From: an uncultured Verrucomicrobiae bacterium
Lineage (GTDB): Bacteria; Verrucomicrobiota; Verrucomicrobiia; Chthoniobacterales; JAFAMB01
Direction of reading: 5' to 3'
Length of the DNA: 64,000 nucleotides
Assembly (NCBI GenBank): GCA_963762565.1
Contig: CAVXLD010000001.1
Location: forward strand, 416,001-480,000
In this document: in pieces, positions 20,210 to 30,735 of the stretch
Layout of the letters: each line of letters starts with the position of its first letter
Position numbering within the stretch: the first letter of the stretch is position 1
Notes under the pieces: model-generated
The model's database searches: none
What the model was told of the DNA's origin: nothing
The model's input: the letters and a program-made list of their open reading frames with translations, nothing else
Made by a program: the position numbers and the translations under genes

Positions 20210-21388
20210 CTATCGATTCTTTTGCGCAGTTTCGATTGCCTCTGCGTAGACTGCTTCCAACTTTCCGATCTGCTGCTGTTGCTCAAAGTTCTGAGCTACA
20301 GACCGACTGGCTTGTGTTCCCATCTGTCGCCAAAGATCCGTCTGGCTTGCGAGCTTGAGCAGAGCCCCAAACAACGCTGGCTCATCCCGCTCGGGAACTA
20401 GGATCCCGTCCGCTCCTTCTTGCACTGCTTCCGGGATTCCTCCGTGCCGGGTAGCAACTACGGGCAGCCCACTGGCCATCGCTTCCAACATGGAATTTGG
20501 AATCCCTTCTTGGTTAGAGTCGGCGGTAAGTTCGCTTGGATGAATGAAAATATGGCTCTCTCGATAGACCTGGCGCAGGTCGTCCTGATTGAGAAAGCCG
20601 GTCAACCTGACTTGATCCCCAAGCGAAAGTTCGTTGATCCTCCGCGCCAAGGCGTCTTTCATGGGGCCTTCCCCCGCGATCACTAACCGGGCGTTGGGAT
20701 AGTCACTGCTAAACCGGCGAAACGCAGCCAAGGTAGTTAATAAACCCTTTTTCTCCACCAACCGGCACGCCTGAACCAGCTGCCACTGGCCGTTGACCGG
20801 AGCCGGACGATCAACCCAAGGGAAGTTCTGCAAAGGGATACCCGTGCGATTCAATCGGATCTTTTCGGGTTTACATCCGAGCTCCTGGAGCCGGTTCGCC
20901 AGGGATTGGCTGCGCACCAACACCAAAGGCGCGAGTTGCAGCATTTGGGTTAGTTTCTGGTCGTACCCTTTTTCCTTGGGCCGTCTTTGAACATCCATCC
21001 CGTGAAAGGAGACTACCCAGGCACGGTCCCATCGCGTGAGTAGAGGCAGCAGGTGAACGCCGGTATTTCCAAAATAGACATGAATCAGTTCGGGATCGCG
21101 CCGGATCAAAATCCTACGGATAGCATCATATTCTCCGCGATAAACTAGCGCCGGTTTTCTGGCAAAGTACTTCAGATAACCTCGCCGCAGCAGATGCCGT
21201 TTCGGCGCAATCATGGGTTCGATATCGTCGAAAGGGAAACGATCCGCATTTTGCCGATGTTTCGTAATCACAAAAGTCTGAAACGTTTGCAGCCCGGTTA
21301 GCTGGCGATAGATATGCAGCATTTCCGGTTTCAGGAAGAAAGTGCAGAAACTAGCGACCAGGGGCTTGGGCGATGACACAGGGGACAA
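20210..21388 (-). CDS. Family 4 glycosyltransferase (WcaL-like)
   Basis: SFHGMD, RLVEKKG, EGIPNSMLEAMASGLPVVATRHGGIPE. Confidence 0.9.
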   Translation of the reverse strand: MSPVSSPKPLVASFCTFFLKPEMLHIYRQLTGLQTFQTFVITKHRQNADRFPFDDIEPMIAPKRHLLRRGYLKYFARKPALVYRGEYDAIRRILIRRDPELIHVYFGNTGVHLLPLLTRWDRAWVVSFHGMDVQRRPKEKGYDQKLTQMLQLAPLVLVRSQSLANRLQELGCKPEKIRLNRTGIPLQNFPWVDRPAPVNGQWQLVQACRLVEKKGLLTTLAAFRRFSSDYPNARLVIAGEGPMKDALARRINELSLGDQVRLTGFLNQDDLRQVYRESHIFIHPSELTADSNQEGIPNSMLEAMASGLPVVATRHGGIPEAVQEGADGILVPERDEPALFGALLKLASQTDLWRQMGTQASRSVAQNFEQQQQIGKLEAVYAEAIETAQKNR

Positions 21389-21678
21389 ATCTCACACAAA
21401 GGTACAAAGGCACAAATTTGGAGCGCGCCTCGCTTGCGAGGCCGTGGTGAGCAGGGCTGAGGGTCAAGCAGAAGGGTTATCCGGCCCGCGCTCTGCAGGT
21501 ACCCGAGATAGAGCGCAAACAGAGATGGGACGCATATCACGATGTCCCCTTGTCACTACGGCCTCGCAAGCGAGGCAGCGCTCCACGGGTGGCGATCCCT
21601 TCGGTCTCGCGAGCGCGCCTCGCCCTACCAGAGAATCTCGCGCGTGAGTTTCCTCCCACGGTGCACTATTTTGTTTTG

Positions 21679-22566
21679 ATGGCAGCCATTCAGAACACGG
21701 TCGGGATCGTGTACGACTATGACCAGACCTTGAGTCCTGCCTACATGCAGGACGATGTCATTTTCCCGGCATTTGGCATCAATGCGGAGAAGTTCTGGCG
21801 TCGCTGCGCTGAGTTGGTTCAAGAACAAGGGTACGACCAGGAACTCGCTTACATGAAATGTTTGCTCGACTATTTGGCGGTCGACCGGCCGACAAATCAG
21901 CAGCTACAACAGCTCGGAGCCAAGATGAGCCTATACCGCGGGCTGCCGGAGATGTTTGAAGAATTTCAGGAAGGATTATTGACTGCGGAACAGGTCGAAA
22001 CCGGAATTCGAGTCGAGCATTACGTCGTTTCTTCCGGGCTCAAGGTGCTAATTGAAGGGAGCAGAATCCGTCCTTTTCTGCGGGCCGTGTTTGGTTGCGA
22101 ATATGCCGAAGATGAGGCTGGCCGGATTACGTTTCCGAAAAGAGTAATCAGCCACACCCAAAAGACCCAATATCTGTTCAGGATCAACAAGGGCCTGCTG
22201 GATATGTCGCAAGACGTAAATGATCACATGCCAGATGACGTTCGTCCGATCCCGTTCCGGAACATGATCTATATCGGCGACGGTCCCACTGATGTTCCTT
22301 GTTTCACAATCATGAAAAAAAATGGTGGGAACGCCATCGCCGTTTACAATCCGGACGATCCGGAACGAGCCAGCTTTCGAAAATGTTTCGACTTAGCCAC
22401 GCGAGCCCAGCGGGTCCGGCACATTGCGCCGGCTGATTATCGGCAGAACAGTCATTTCCGCCTGCTCCTGGAAGAAATGGTCCGCGATGTGGTGGACCGG
22501 ATCCTAGCGGAACGAAAAGCAAGCGCGGAAGCCGGGGTTGTGCACGCACCGAAACACCTGGTCTAG
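21679..22566 (+). CDS. HAD-superfamily hydrolase
   Basis: YDYDQTL, VVSSG, KT and YIGDGPTDVP motifs; start moved to MAAIQN because the upstream extension is REP sequence. Confidence 0.85.
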   Translation: MAAIQNTVGIVYDYDQTLSPAYMQDDVIFPAFGINAEKFWRRCAELVQEQGYDQELAYMKCLLDYLAVDRPTNQQLQQLGAKMSLYRGLPEMFEEFQEGLLTAEQVETGIRVEHYVVSSGLKVLIEGSRIRPFLRAVFGCEYAEDEAGRITFPKRVISHTQKTQYLFRINKGLLDMSQDVNDHMPDDVRPIPFRNMIYIGDGPTDVPCFTIMKKNGGNAIAVYNPDDPERASFRKCFDLATRAQRVRHIAPADYRQNSHFRLLLEEMVRDVVDRILAERKASAEAGVVHAPKHLV

Positions 22567-22616
22567 AGGAGCGCTCATCTTCGTTATTGTCCTCGTCGTT
22601 CCCTCGCCCACGACCT

Positions 22617-22826
22617 GGAGGGGAGCCGCTTTGTAAGGTGGCAGCTCTGTAAGTTAACAGCAGGCGGCTCCCGAGCACGGCCCCTGAGCTCGGCAGTTCT
22701 ATGGCGGCGTCGCAAATCGGTGCCTGTTCCAAGCGCGTCTAGGCTGCATGGCTAAAGCTGGGTAATTCCCGGGAGCCGCCCGCTGCTTCCCGGTAGAGCT
22801 GCCACCTTACAAAGCGGCTCCCCTCC
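22617..22826. repeat. GGAGGGGAGCCGC-type palindromic element
   Basis: Inverted arms GGAGGGGAGCCGCTTTGTAAGGTGGCAGCTCT / AGAGCTGCCACCTTACAAAGCGGCTCCCCTCC; relatives at 61740 and 63103. Confidence 0.8.
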
Positions 22827-23010
22827 AGGTCGTGGGTAGCTCGACGACACGGAGTGATGCCCACTGTCGGTAAACCGTCCTCGGTTCCGACCGCATCGGC
22901 CTCGTCCCGCGGCGCGCGGGGACGCGCGCCCTCCCACGCTATTACTCCACAATTGACTCCAAAAAGTGCGTCTAAATTGATAACAACCCTTACGTTGCGA
23001 CGCAGGAGCT

Positions 23011-26000
23011 ATGGACAGAAATCCCGAACCGGCATCGGTCTTCATTAGCTGCTCTTCGGCGGACCATCCCATCGCCGAGGCGGCATGTGAAGTCTTGGAA
23101 ACGAACGGAGTCGCGTGCTGGATGGCGCCGCGAAACGTGGATCCCGGATTACCCTATGCCGGACAGATCATCCAGGGTTTGCGGGAATCCAAGGCGGCCG
23201 TCCTGCTCTTCAGCCAAAACGCTAATCAGTCGGCCGACGTTTTGCGCGAGATCGAATTCGCGATCAACCAGGGTATGCCTGTCCTATCAGTCCGGTTAGA
23301 CCAGACCGTCATGAACGACGATCTAGCCTATTTCTTGCGCGTTGTTCATTGGCACGATGTTTCGGGACGCGCGAACGACCAGGAGCGAGTAACCGATTTG
23401 CCTGGCCAGGTGCTCAGACTGTTCGCTATCTCTGGATCCGCTGAGGAGAAAACACCACCCGCCGTTGCGGCAGCCTCCCGGTTTGGCGATTTCGAGATTC
23501 TCGCTGCACCGGATGGTCGGCCAGTTGAACTAGGCCGAGGCGGCATGGGAGTAACTTATCGCGCCCGCCAACTTTCAATGGGAGGAAGGGAAGTCGCTCT
23601 CAAAGTAATCAATCCTCAGCTAATGGGCGATGAGGGGATCCGGAAACGGTTCCTGCGTGAAGCGCAAACCGCCGGCGCCATTGAACATCCAAATGTTGCT
23701 TTGGTTTATTCCCGGGGCCAAGAGGGCGATTCTTATTTTTATGCGATGCAATTGGTCGATGGAGTCGACCTGGACAAATATGTTAAGGAACACGGTCCAC
23801 TCTCGGTCCCCCAGGCGTTAAGTGTGACCGCTCAAGTCGCAGCCGCCTTGGAAGCGGCCCGGGTTAAGGGTCTGATCCACCGCGACATTAAACCGAGCAA
23901 TATCATGGCGGCCGAAGGTCGGCGGAGCCGGTTACAAATCAAGCTCATCGATTTCGGATTAGCCAAGAACGTTGGCGGCGCCACTACTCAGCAATCGATG
24001 GTCAGCGGCGAGCAATTCATAGGAACATTCGCGTTTGCCAGCCCAGAACAATGCAGACGACAGGAATTGGATACGCGCTCGGATCTGTATTCGCTTGGAG
24101 TTACTCTGTGGTTTTTGTTGACCGGAAAAGCGCCCTTCCGGGGCAGCCCGGAGGAAGTTAGTGGTTCGCACCTATTTCAAGACGCGCCATTCGAGGCGCT
24201 CCCATCGCTGCCGCTCGAAGTAATCGAGCTGCTCAAAAGTCTGCTGGCTAAAGATCCGGCCGACCGACCACAGACTCCGGCCGAGTTGGAGGATCGGGTT
24301 GAAGCGCTGCTGAGCACTCTCCCGGCGGACTTGCCGGCACCACCGGCGGAACCTGCACCAACCGGAGCAAGCACCCTGGTCCGGACATCGGGTGACGACC
24401 TTGGCGGTCGGACGTTAATCGGTTCGCTTGTATTGTCGACTTACCTGGCCGCAGCCGCCGGACAGAGCAAGGAAGAACGGTTTCAATTGATACAGGAACT
24501 CCGGGAAGGGGTTAGCGGCCGGCTATTCCGGGCTCGAGAAGCCAGAGGCGATACGTCTCGCGAAGTGGGTCTCAAGTTCCTGCATCCGAGCATTGTATCC
24601 GACGCCGAAAAACAGAAATTGCTCCGCGACCAGTTTGATCGGGTCTCCAATTTACCCCTCGAACATCTTGTGGCTCATTACAGTCTTGAGCTGAGTGCAC
24701 AGCCTCCTTTTCTGGTCCGCGAATGGCTCAACGGTTTCAGTCTCAGCGCTCTGCTACGTTGGAAACAGGTTCTATCGGCGAAGGAACTGATCAAGTTACT
24801 AGCACCGTTGCCGGCGCTCCTCGATCAGCTGGCAAAGCATTCGCTCGCCTTAACCGAGGTTAGTTTGGCGAAAGTCTTTTTAGCCTTTCCTCCAGATATC
24901 ACATCCGAGACGTTCCCGGTGCTGGCCAAACGTTCAATCGAAGGACTCCAGTACGGACAGCTCAAACTCAACCCGTTGAGTCTTCGGGGCCTGGCAAAGC
25001 GCTCCAGCAACTCAGACAGTGATCCGACCCTACTTTCGACTAGCCGGCTACTCGCATTGAGCCAGGCTAAAATGGGCATCCGCGGCAAGGCACCCGTACC
25101 ACTGCTTGGCCGGGTGGTTTACGAGCTCTTGAGCGGCTACCCGTACCCCCCGCAAGGGGCCGAGAGCTACGCTCCGCTAACCGCAATCAACGAGGCCGGA
25201 AACAGACTGCTCCGGACGGCGATCATCACGCCCGCCTCCGCCGGCGGTTTTTCTGATTGTCAAAGTTTTTGGCAGGCTTTCGGCCCGAGCTTGGATCTAT
25301 CCCGCAGAGCAGTACCTACGCCGGTCGCGGTGCCACCGCCGCGACCCGTTGAACTGCCGCCAAGGATAACACCACCGTCAAGGATAACGCCGCCGCCGGC
25401 GACTGTGCCGACCCCAACGTATCTTCCCCAAAAATCTTCTCCAGACTGGTCAACACAGACAGCCGCAACGGGACCGGCCCCGTTTCCGAACGCAGTGGCT
25501 CCACCGGCACGCAAGCGCTCAGTATGGATGTTTGTTTGGATCTTGCTCACGGTTGGAGCACTTGGATTTTGCTTGCTGGCAATCGCGGCGTTCTCGGTGA
25601 GTCAATTGATGCTCGCCGGCAGGCGTTCACAGACAACCGCAATAACGCCGGCGAGCAGCTCGACGCCGGCCCCCTCTGGTACGACCACAGAAGCGACTCC
25701 CCAACCCACCCTGGTGGCCGAAGCGACACCTCAGTCATCTCCGACCATCGCGGCGCTCAAAGCGACGCCTTTGGCCTCACCGAGTGTTGCTCCGCCATTC
25801 AACGAAGCCTTTACCCGAGGAAAGCGCGAGGCAGAACAGGATCAGTACGACAAGGCCATCGCCGACTACACTGAGGCGATCCGGCTCAAGCCGGATTTCG
25901 CGGATGCGTATGCCAATCGGGCGTTTGCTTACGGCAGCCTTGAGCAGTACGACAAGGCCGTCGCTGATTGCAACGAAGCCATCCGCCTGCAGCCGGATTC

Positions 26001-26913
26001 CGCCGAAGCATACAAAAACCGAGGTGGCGCCTATTGTAACCTAAAGCAGTACGATAAAGCCATCGCCGACTGTAACGAAGCGATCCGCCTAAAGCCGGAT
26101 TTTGCCAGAGCTTACAGCAACCGGGGCAATTCGTACCTCGGTCTGAAGGAATACGACAAAGCCATGGCTGACTACAATCAAGCGATCCGTCTCGATCCTG
26201 AGCTGGCCCAGGCCTACAGCAATCGCGCAAATACCTTTAGTCTCTTGAAGCAATACGACAACGCGGTTGCTGACGCTACTGAAGCGATCCGCCTCAAGCC
26301 CAACTTTGCTCTGCCTTATATCAATCGCGCCTTCGCTTACAACTGCCTAGGGCAATACGACAAAGCGATTCCTGACTGCACCGAAGCGATCGGCATTAAG
26401 CCCAATTTCGTTCTGGCCTATACCAATCGCGGCATCGCTTACAACAACCTGAAGCAATACGACAGAGCCATCGCCGACTTCACTGAGGTTATACGACTCC
26501 AGCCAGACCTTCCGGATGCTTACAACGACCGCGGCTTCGCTTACAATGGCCTGGCGCTTTACGACAAGGGTATCGCCGACTGCACAGAGGCTATCCGCCT
26601 TAAGCCAGATTATATCGCACCCTACCTCAATCGAGCAGTAGCCTACGGTAGCCTTAAGCAATACGACAAAGTCATTGCCGACTGCACTGAAGCCATGCGC
26701 ATCGATCCCAACAATGCCGTGCCTTACTATGACCGCGGAATTGCCTACTATTGGCTAAAGCATTACCAAAAAGCGGTTGAGGATTATACCGAAGCGATTC
26801 GCCTCCAACCGAACTATTGGCAAGCCTACGGGAATCGAGCAAACGCCTACCAACAACTGGGCGAAACCGAGAAAGCTAGACGCGACCTAGCCCGAGCCAA
26901 AGAATTGAAGTAA
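23011..26913 (+). CDS. TIR domain - Ser/Thr kinase - pseudokinase - TM - 11x TPR protein
   Basis: TIR (VFISCSSAD, WMAPRNVDPG, VLREIEFA); kinase (GRGGMG, VALK, HRDIKPSN, DFGLA, SPEQ); second kinase-like lobe lacking HRD/DFG; TM (VWMFVWILL..); eleven ~34-aa TPRs. Confidence 0.9.
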   Translation: MDRNPEPASVFISCSSADHPIAEAACEVLETNGVACWMAPRNVDPGLPYAGQIIQGLRESKAAVLLFSQNANQSADVLREIEFAINQGMPVLSVRLDQTVMNDDLAYFLRVVHWHDVSGRANDQERVTDLPGQVLRLFAISGSAEEKTPPAVAAASRFGDFEILAAPDGRPVELGRGGMGVTYRARQLSMGGREVALKVINPQLMGDEGIRKRFLREAQTAGAIEHPNVALVYSRGQEGDSYFYAMQLVDGVDLDKYVKEHGPLSVPQALSVTAQVAAALEAARVKGLIHRDIKPSNIMAAEGRRSRLQIKLIDFGLAKNVGGATTQQSMVSGEQFIGTFAFASPEQCRRQELDTRSDLYSLGVTLWFLLTGKAPFRGSPEEVSGSHLFQDAPFEALPSLPLEVIELLKSLLAKDPADRPQTPAELEDRVEALLSTLPADLPAPPAEPAPTGASTLVRTSGDDLGGRTLIGSLVLSTYLAAAAGQSKEERFQLIQELREGVSGRLFRAREARGDTSREVGLKFLHPSIVSDAEKQKLLRDQFDRVSNLPLEHLVAHYSLELSAQPPFLVREWLNGFSLSALLRWKQVLSAKELIKLLAPLPALLDQLAKHSLALTEVSLAKVFLAFPPDITSETFPVLAKRSIEGLQYGQLKLNPLSLRGLAKRSSNSDSDPTLLSTSRLLALSQAKMGIRGKAPVPLLGRVVYELLSGYPYPPQGAESYAPLTAINEAGNRLLRTAIITPASAGGFSDCQSFWQAFGPSLDLSRRAVPTPVAVPPPRPVELPPRITPPSRITPPPATVPTPTYLPQKSSPDWSTQTAATGPAPFPNAVAPPARKRSVWMFVWILLTVGALGFCLLAIAAFSVSQLMLAGRRSQTTAITPASSSTPAPSGTTTEATPQPTLVAEATPQSSPTIAALKATPLASPSVAPPFNEAFTRGKREAEQDQYDKAIADYTEAIRLKPDFADAYANRAFAYGSLEQYDKAVADCNEAIRLQPDSAEAYKNRGGAYCNLKQYDKAIADCNEAIRLKPDFARAYSNRGNSYLGLKEYDKAMADYNQAIRLDPELAQAYSNRANTFSLLKQYDNAVADATEAIRLKPNFALPYINRAFAYNCLGQYDKAIPDCTEAIGIKPNFVLAYTNRGIAYNNLKQYDRAIADFTEVIRLQPDLPDAYNDRGFAYNGLALYDKGIADCTEAIRLKPDYIAPYLNRAVAYGSLKQYDKVIADCTEAMRIDPNNAVPYYDRGIAYYWLKHYQKAVEDYTEAIRLQPNYWQAYGNRANAYQQLGETEKARRDLARAKELK

Positions 26914-26926
26914 ACCGATCTTCAAT

Positions 26927-28672
26927 TCAGGGTCGCTTCCGCCGCAAAACTTTCGCAACTTCTTCACCTGGCAGGCAGTTAATCACGTCCTCTCGTGATA
27001 ACCATCCTTTGCGGGCGGCTTGCACACCGAACCAAAGGTCCTGGAAACCGGCCATCGAGTGCGCATCCGGGTTGATCGAACAGAGGACACCCAATTCTTT
27101 GGCATGCCGCCATAAGCGCCAATCCATGTCTAGACGGCGCGGATTCGCGTTCAGCTCGATAATCGTCTTGGTTGCGGCAGCGGCTTTGATGATCTCGCCC
27201 AGATCAACTTTGTAGGGCTCACGAGAAAGGAGCAACCGGCCCGTTGGGTGACCAAGCATGGTGACATACGGGTTCTCCATCGCCCGAATCATCCGGTCGG
27301 TCATCGCTTTTTCCGGCATCGACAGAGCATTGTGGACGCTGGCCACAACAAAATCCAATTGCGCTAGAATCTCATCCGAAAAGTCGAGTTTGCCATCCCG
27401 GAGAATGTCGCATTCCACGCCGGTAAAAATGAAAAACTCCCCATGAAATCCCGCGTTCAGCTCGCGAATCGCTTTCACTTGTTGCAGCAGCTTTTCTTCG
27501 GAGAGTCCGTGGGCTTGGAACGAGCTTTTACTATGATCCGACATTCCGAGATACTGCAGTCCCAGATCCCGCGCTGCTGCCGCCATTTCGGCCAAGGTAT
27601 TTCTACCGTCAGTCTCGCTAGTGTGAGCGTGAAATGTTCCTCGAAGATTAGTGAGTTCGATCAGCTTCGGTAATTTACCGGCTTCAGCCGCTTCAATCTC
27701 TCCGGTTGCTTCTCTCAGCTCGGGAACGACATAGTCTAAACCGAGAGCAGCATAAAGGTCGGTTTCCGTATCGATCGCGGGGATCGGCTTGGGAGGCTGC
27801 TTAGCGGTCGGTTCGGGACCGAGTCGATATTCGTTCAGAGTCCAGCCATTTCGCAAAGCTCTGCCTCTGAGAGCGACATTGTGTTCTTTGCTACCGGTAA
27901 AATAAGCCAAAGCGAAAGGGAACTCATGGTTAGCAACCACCCGAAGATCGGACTGCATTCCGTTCTTCAACAACACGCTGGTTTTGGTTTCTCCTTTCGC
28001 CAACACCCGCTCAATCAACGGGAAAGTCACAAAATGTTCGGTAATGCTTTTTGGATTCTTGGTTGCAATCAGGACATCGAGGTCGCCGATGGTTTCTTTA
28101 GATCGCCTCAAGCTGCCGGCCGAGCTGATCTGAGAGACATCCGGATGGTCCCGGAAGTGTTCTAGCATTTGTTCCATCACCGTGGTGGCTTCCGAAAGCA
28201 GATGCCGGTCGGAATGTTTCTCTCGCCGTTCAATCGCCCGGAGAAAATTATCGGCCGTCTTTTCTCCAAAACCCGGCAAGTCGGCAACCCGACCATCGCG
28301 ACAGGACGCCTCCAAATCGGCGATACTTTTCACGTGCAACGTTTCCCACAAAACCTTGATTTTTTTCGCGCCAAGCCCCTGAAGCTCGAAGAGTTCCGAT
28401 AGGCTGTCCGGGAAACTACCGCGAAGCTCCTCGTAATACCCGAGCTTACCGGTGGTAGCGAATTCTTCGATCTTCTTAGCGATGGCGGAGCCGATCCCTT
28501 CCAGTTCTTCGAGGCGTTTCTGCGTTACTAACTCCGGGAAGTTGCCGGAAAAGGTCTCCAACGCTCGACCTGCATTCGTGTAAGCGCGAATCTTGAACGG
28601 ATTCTCGCCCTTCAACTCAAGCAACCTCGAGATCGATTCGAGCAAGGCAATGGTTTGTTCTTTAGTAACCAT
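26927..28672 (-). CDS. polX: DNA polymerase X / PHP
   Basis: GENPFKIRAY, HhH motifs, AGSLRR..IGDLD, FTGSKEHN, PHP motifs HAHT, DHS, HPTGR, PDAH. Confidence 0.95.
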   Translation of the reverse strand: MVTKEQTIALLESISRLLELKGENPFKIRAYTNAGRALETFSGNFPELVTQKRLEELEGIGSAIAKKIEEFATTGKLGYYEELRGSFPDSLSELFELQGLGAKKIKVLWETLHVKSIADLEASCRDGRVADLPGFGEKTADNFLRAIERREKHSDRHLLSEATTVMEQMLEHFRDHPDVSQISSAGSLRRSKETIGDLDVLIATKNPKSITEHFVTFPLIERVLAKGETKTSVLLKNGMQSDLRVVANHEFPFALAYFTGSKEHNVALRGRALRNGWTLNEYRLGPEPTAKQPPKPIPAIDTETDLYAALGLDYVVPELREATGEIEAAEAGKLPKLIELTNLRGTFHAHTSETDGRNTLAEMAAAARDLGLQYLGMSDHSKSSFQAHGLSEEKLLQQVKAIRELNAGFHGEFFIFTGVECDILRDGKLDFSDEILAQLDFVVASVHNALSMPEKAMTDRMIRAMENPYVTMLGHPTGRLLLSREPYKVDLGEIIKAAAATKTIIELNANPRRLDMDWRLWRHAKELGVLCSINPDAHSMAGFQDLWFGVQAARKGWLSREDVINCLPGEEVAKVLRRKRP

Positions 28673-28958
28673 GTTGAGTAACGCCGGGAACGCTCCGGCA
28701 GCTAGCGATGCGCGTCAACTTAACGAGTTGGCCCCCTGACGTGGGAGGGCGCGCTGCCTCGCGCGCCGCGAACAGGTCTGTATCATCGCCATAGCTAGAC
28801 GTTCGGGTCTGGTCTGTGATGGGCTCCGAGAACAACTGATCGCGGGGATCCGCTGTCGCCCTCCGTCCTGCGACACGCAATATTCGCACGAAGGCTATGG
28901 CGGACGGGCTGCGATCCCTCCCAGCGCTGGGTCCGCCGTTCCCGGCGTTGTCGGCGTT

Positions 28959-29408
28959 TCACCGGGGGATCCCGGTCACCTTAACCCCGGGGTCGACATG
29001 GTGCTTTTGGAACCATCCCTGATTTACCTCTAGGGCGTAGCAGATATCGCTCGTAGCGCTACGGGTGGTGCGCTCGTCGAACGGTTGCATATCATGCACT
29101 TCCTTAAGGATCGAATTACCGTCGATGAAGCCGATAGAGAGAGGGATTTTCGTGTTCTTCATCCAGAAACTGGCTTGCTCTGCCGGGCCTAAGATGAAAA
29201 TCATACCCTGCTCGTCAGGAAGGGCACTCCGATACATCAATCCATTTGAGAGCGATTGAGGGGTATCAGCCACTTCGACTTTTAAATGGGTTCCACCGAC
29301 GTTGAGATCGACGGTCCTTAAGCCAAACGCTCCAGTCTGGGCGTCCGGCGAACAAGCCGACAAAACAAGGATGACTAGCCAGAGAACCGCCCTAACGACG
29401 TGACGCAT
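28959..29408 (-). CDS. DUF192 family lipoprotein
   Basis: LSAC lipobox; EVADT..GLMYR..GMIF..FWMKNTKIPLSI..ALEVNQG. Confidence 0.9.
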   Translation of the reverse strand: MRHVVRAVLWLVILVLSACSPDAQTGAFGLRTVDLNVGGTHLKVEVADTPQSLSNGLMYRSALPDEQGMIFILGPAEQASFWMKNTKIPLSIGFIDGNSILKEVHDMQPFDERTTRSATSDICYALEVNQGWFQKHHVDPGVKVTGIPR

Positions 29409-30537
29409 GATGTAATTCCATTTTGATCTTCAAAGCTTCCGCCACCGCTTCATCGATTGTCGGAGCGAGCACACAATAATGCCCCATTTTCCTGCCGGAT
29501 CGACCTTCGGTTTTGCCATAGAGATGCAGTTTAGCATTGGGCCGTCGAAGGATCGGTGACCAATCGGGCGGACGACCGTTGACCCAAAGATCTCCCAGGA
29601 GATTGACCATACAGACTGGGGAGAGCAAATCCGGCAGGCCCAGCGGTAGTCCGCAAACCGCCCTGAGTTGTTGTTCGAACTGGCTCGTAATACACGCATC
29701 GAACGTGTAGTGCCCGGAGTTGTGCGGGCGCGGTGCCAGCTCATTTACTAAGAGTTTGCCGGCCGTGGTTAGAAAGAATTCGACCGCGAGAAGTCCAATC
29801 ACCTCTAAATCATTGGCTAGCGACTTGGCAATTTCGGTTGCCTCCCGTTGCAATTGTTCCGGCAGTCGGGCGGGCGCAATCGAGTGGTCCAAAATATGCC
29901 GATGATGTACGTTCTCCGCCGCTGGAAACGTCGCCAACTGGTCGTCACCCCCGCGAGCGCAAATCACCGAAAGCTCACAATCGAATTCTATCCATTTTTC
30001 CAGAATGCCCTTTCTGCCTTGCAGCGTCGAGGCATCCACCTCATTGGCATCCTGAATTTTCTGTTGGCCTTTCCCATCATAGCCAAAGTCCGCTGTTTTC
30101 AGAACCGCTGGTACGCCCAAGGCCGCTAATCCATTTCGAATATCTTCCTCGCCGGCAACGATGCGAAAAGGGACGTGAGGATAACTATGCACAGACAGAA
30201 AATTCTTTTCCCGCTCGCGATTTTGACAAATATGCAGGACCTCTGATCTCGGGTGAACCGGCTTTTGCAGGGCGAGCCGGTCGATCACCGCGGAGGGGAT
30301 GTTCTCGAATTCGAAGGTCATGACATCAACGGATTGGGCGAATTCATTGAGCGCCGTTTCGTCCGTATAAGACCCGGTAAACTCCCGATCCGAAACCTGG
30401 CCGGCCGGACTATCGGGTGTCGATTCATAAGTATGCACGCGGTAGCCCATTCTTCGGGCGGCAATGCCGAACATTCGGCCGAGTTGGCCACCGCCAAGAA
30501 CACCAATGGTCGATCCGGGACAAATCCAACGCCGCAT
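29392..30537 (-). CDS. purK: N5-carboxyaminoimidazole ribonucleotide synthase
   Basis: GGGQLGRM, TFEFEN, GYDGKGQ, NELAPRPHNSGH, GRKMGH. Confidence 0.95.
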   Translation of the reverse strand: MRRWICPGSTIGVLGGGQLGRMFGIAARRMGYRVHTYESTPDSPAGQVSDREFTGSYTDETALNEFAQSVDVMTFEFENIPSAVIDRLALQKPVHPRSEVLHICQNREREKNFLSVHSYPHVPFRIVAGEEDIRNGLAALGVPAVLKTADFGYDGKGQQKIQDANEVDASTLQGRKGILEKWIEFDCELSVICARGGDDQLATFPAAENVHHRHILDHSIAPARLPEQLQREATEIAKSLANDLEVIGLLAVEFFLTTAGKLLVNELAPRPHNSGHYTFDACITSQFEQQLRAVCGLPLGLPDLLSPVCMVNLLGDLWVNGRPPDWSPILRRPNAKLHLYGKTEGRSGRKMGHYCVLAPTIDEAVAEALKIKMELHHASRR

Positions 30538-30612
30538 ACAGGATAATAGAACTGCTTTAAAGGGCCTATTCTAGCATCTTCGGCGGCGGACCGGAAGATG
30601 ACACAAACACAG

Positions 30613-30693
30613 AATGACAAATGACAGATTACAGATGACAAATCGAGCCGAGCCGGGTCATTAATTTGTCATCTGTCATTTGTCATCTGTCAT
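30613..30693. repeat. Inverted heptamer tandem arrays (TGACAAA/TGACAGA)
   Basis: ATGACAAATGACAGATTACAGATGACAAAT facing ATTTGTCATCTGTCATTTGTCATCTGTCAT. Confidence 0.75.
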
Positions 30694-30735
30694 TTCTGAG
30701 GTTTCCCCTCCCACCCTGACTACGTATAATACGAG

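Noticed and set aside
25790..26913. Regular 102-bp repeats as a possible CRISPR array or DGR template
   Set aside because: They are in-frame TPR coding repeats; no repeat-spacer structure and no reverse transcriptase in the window.
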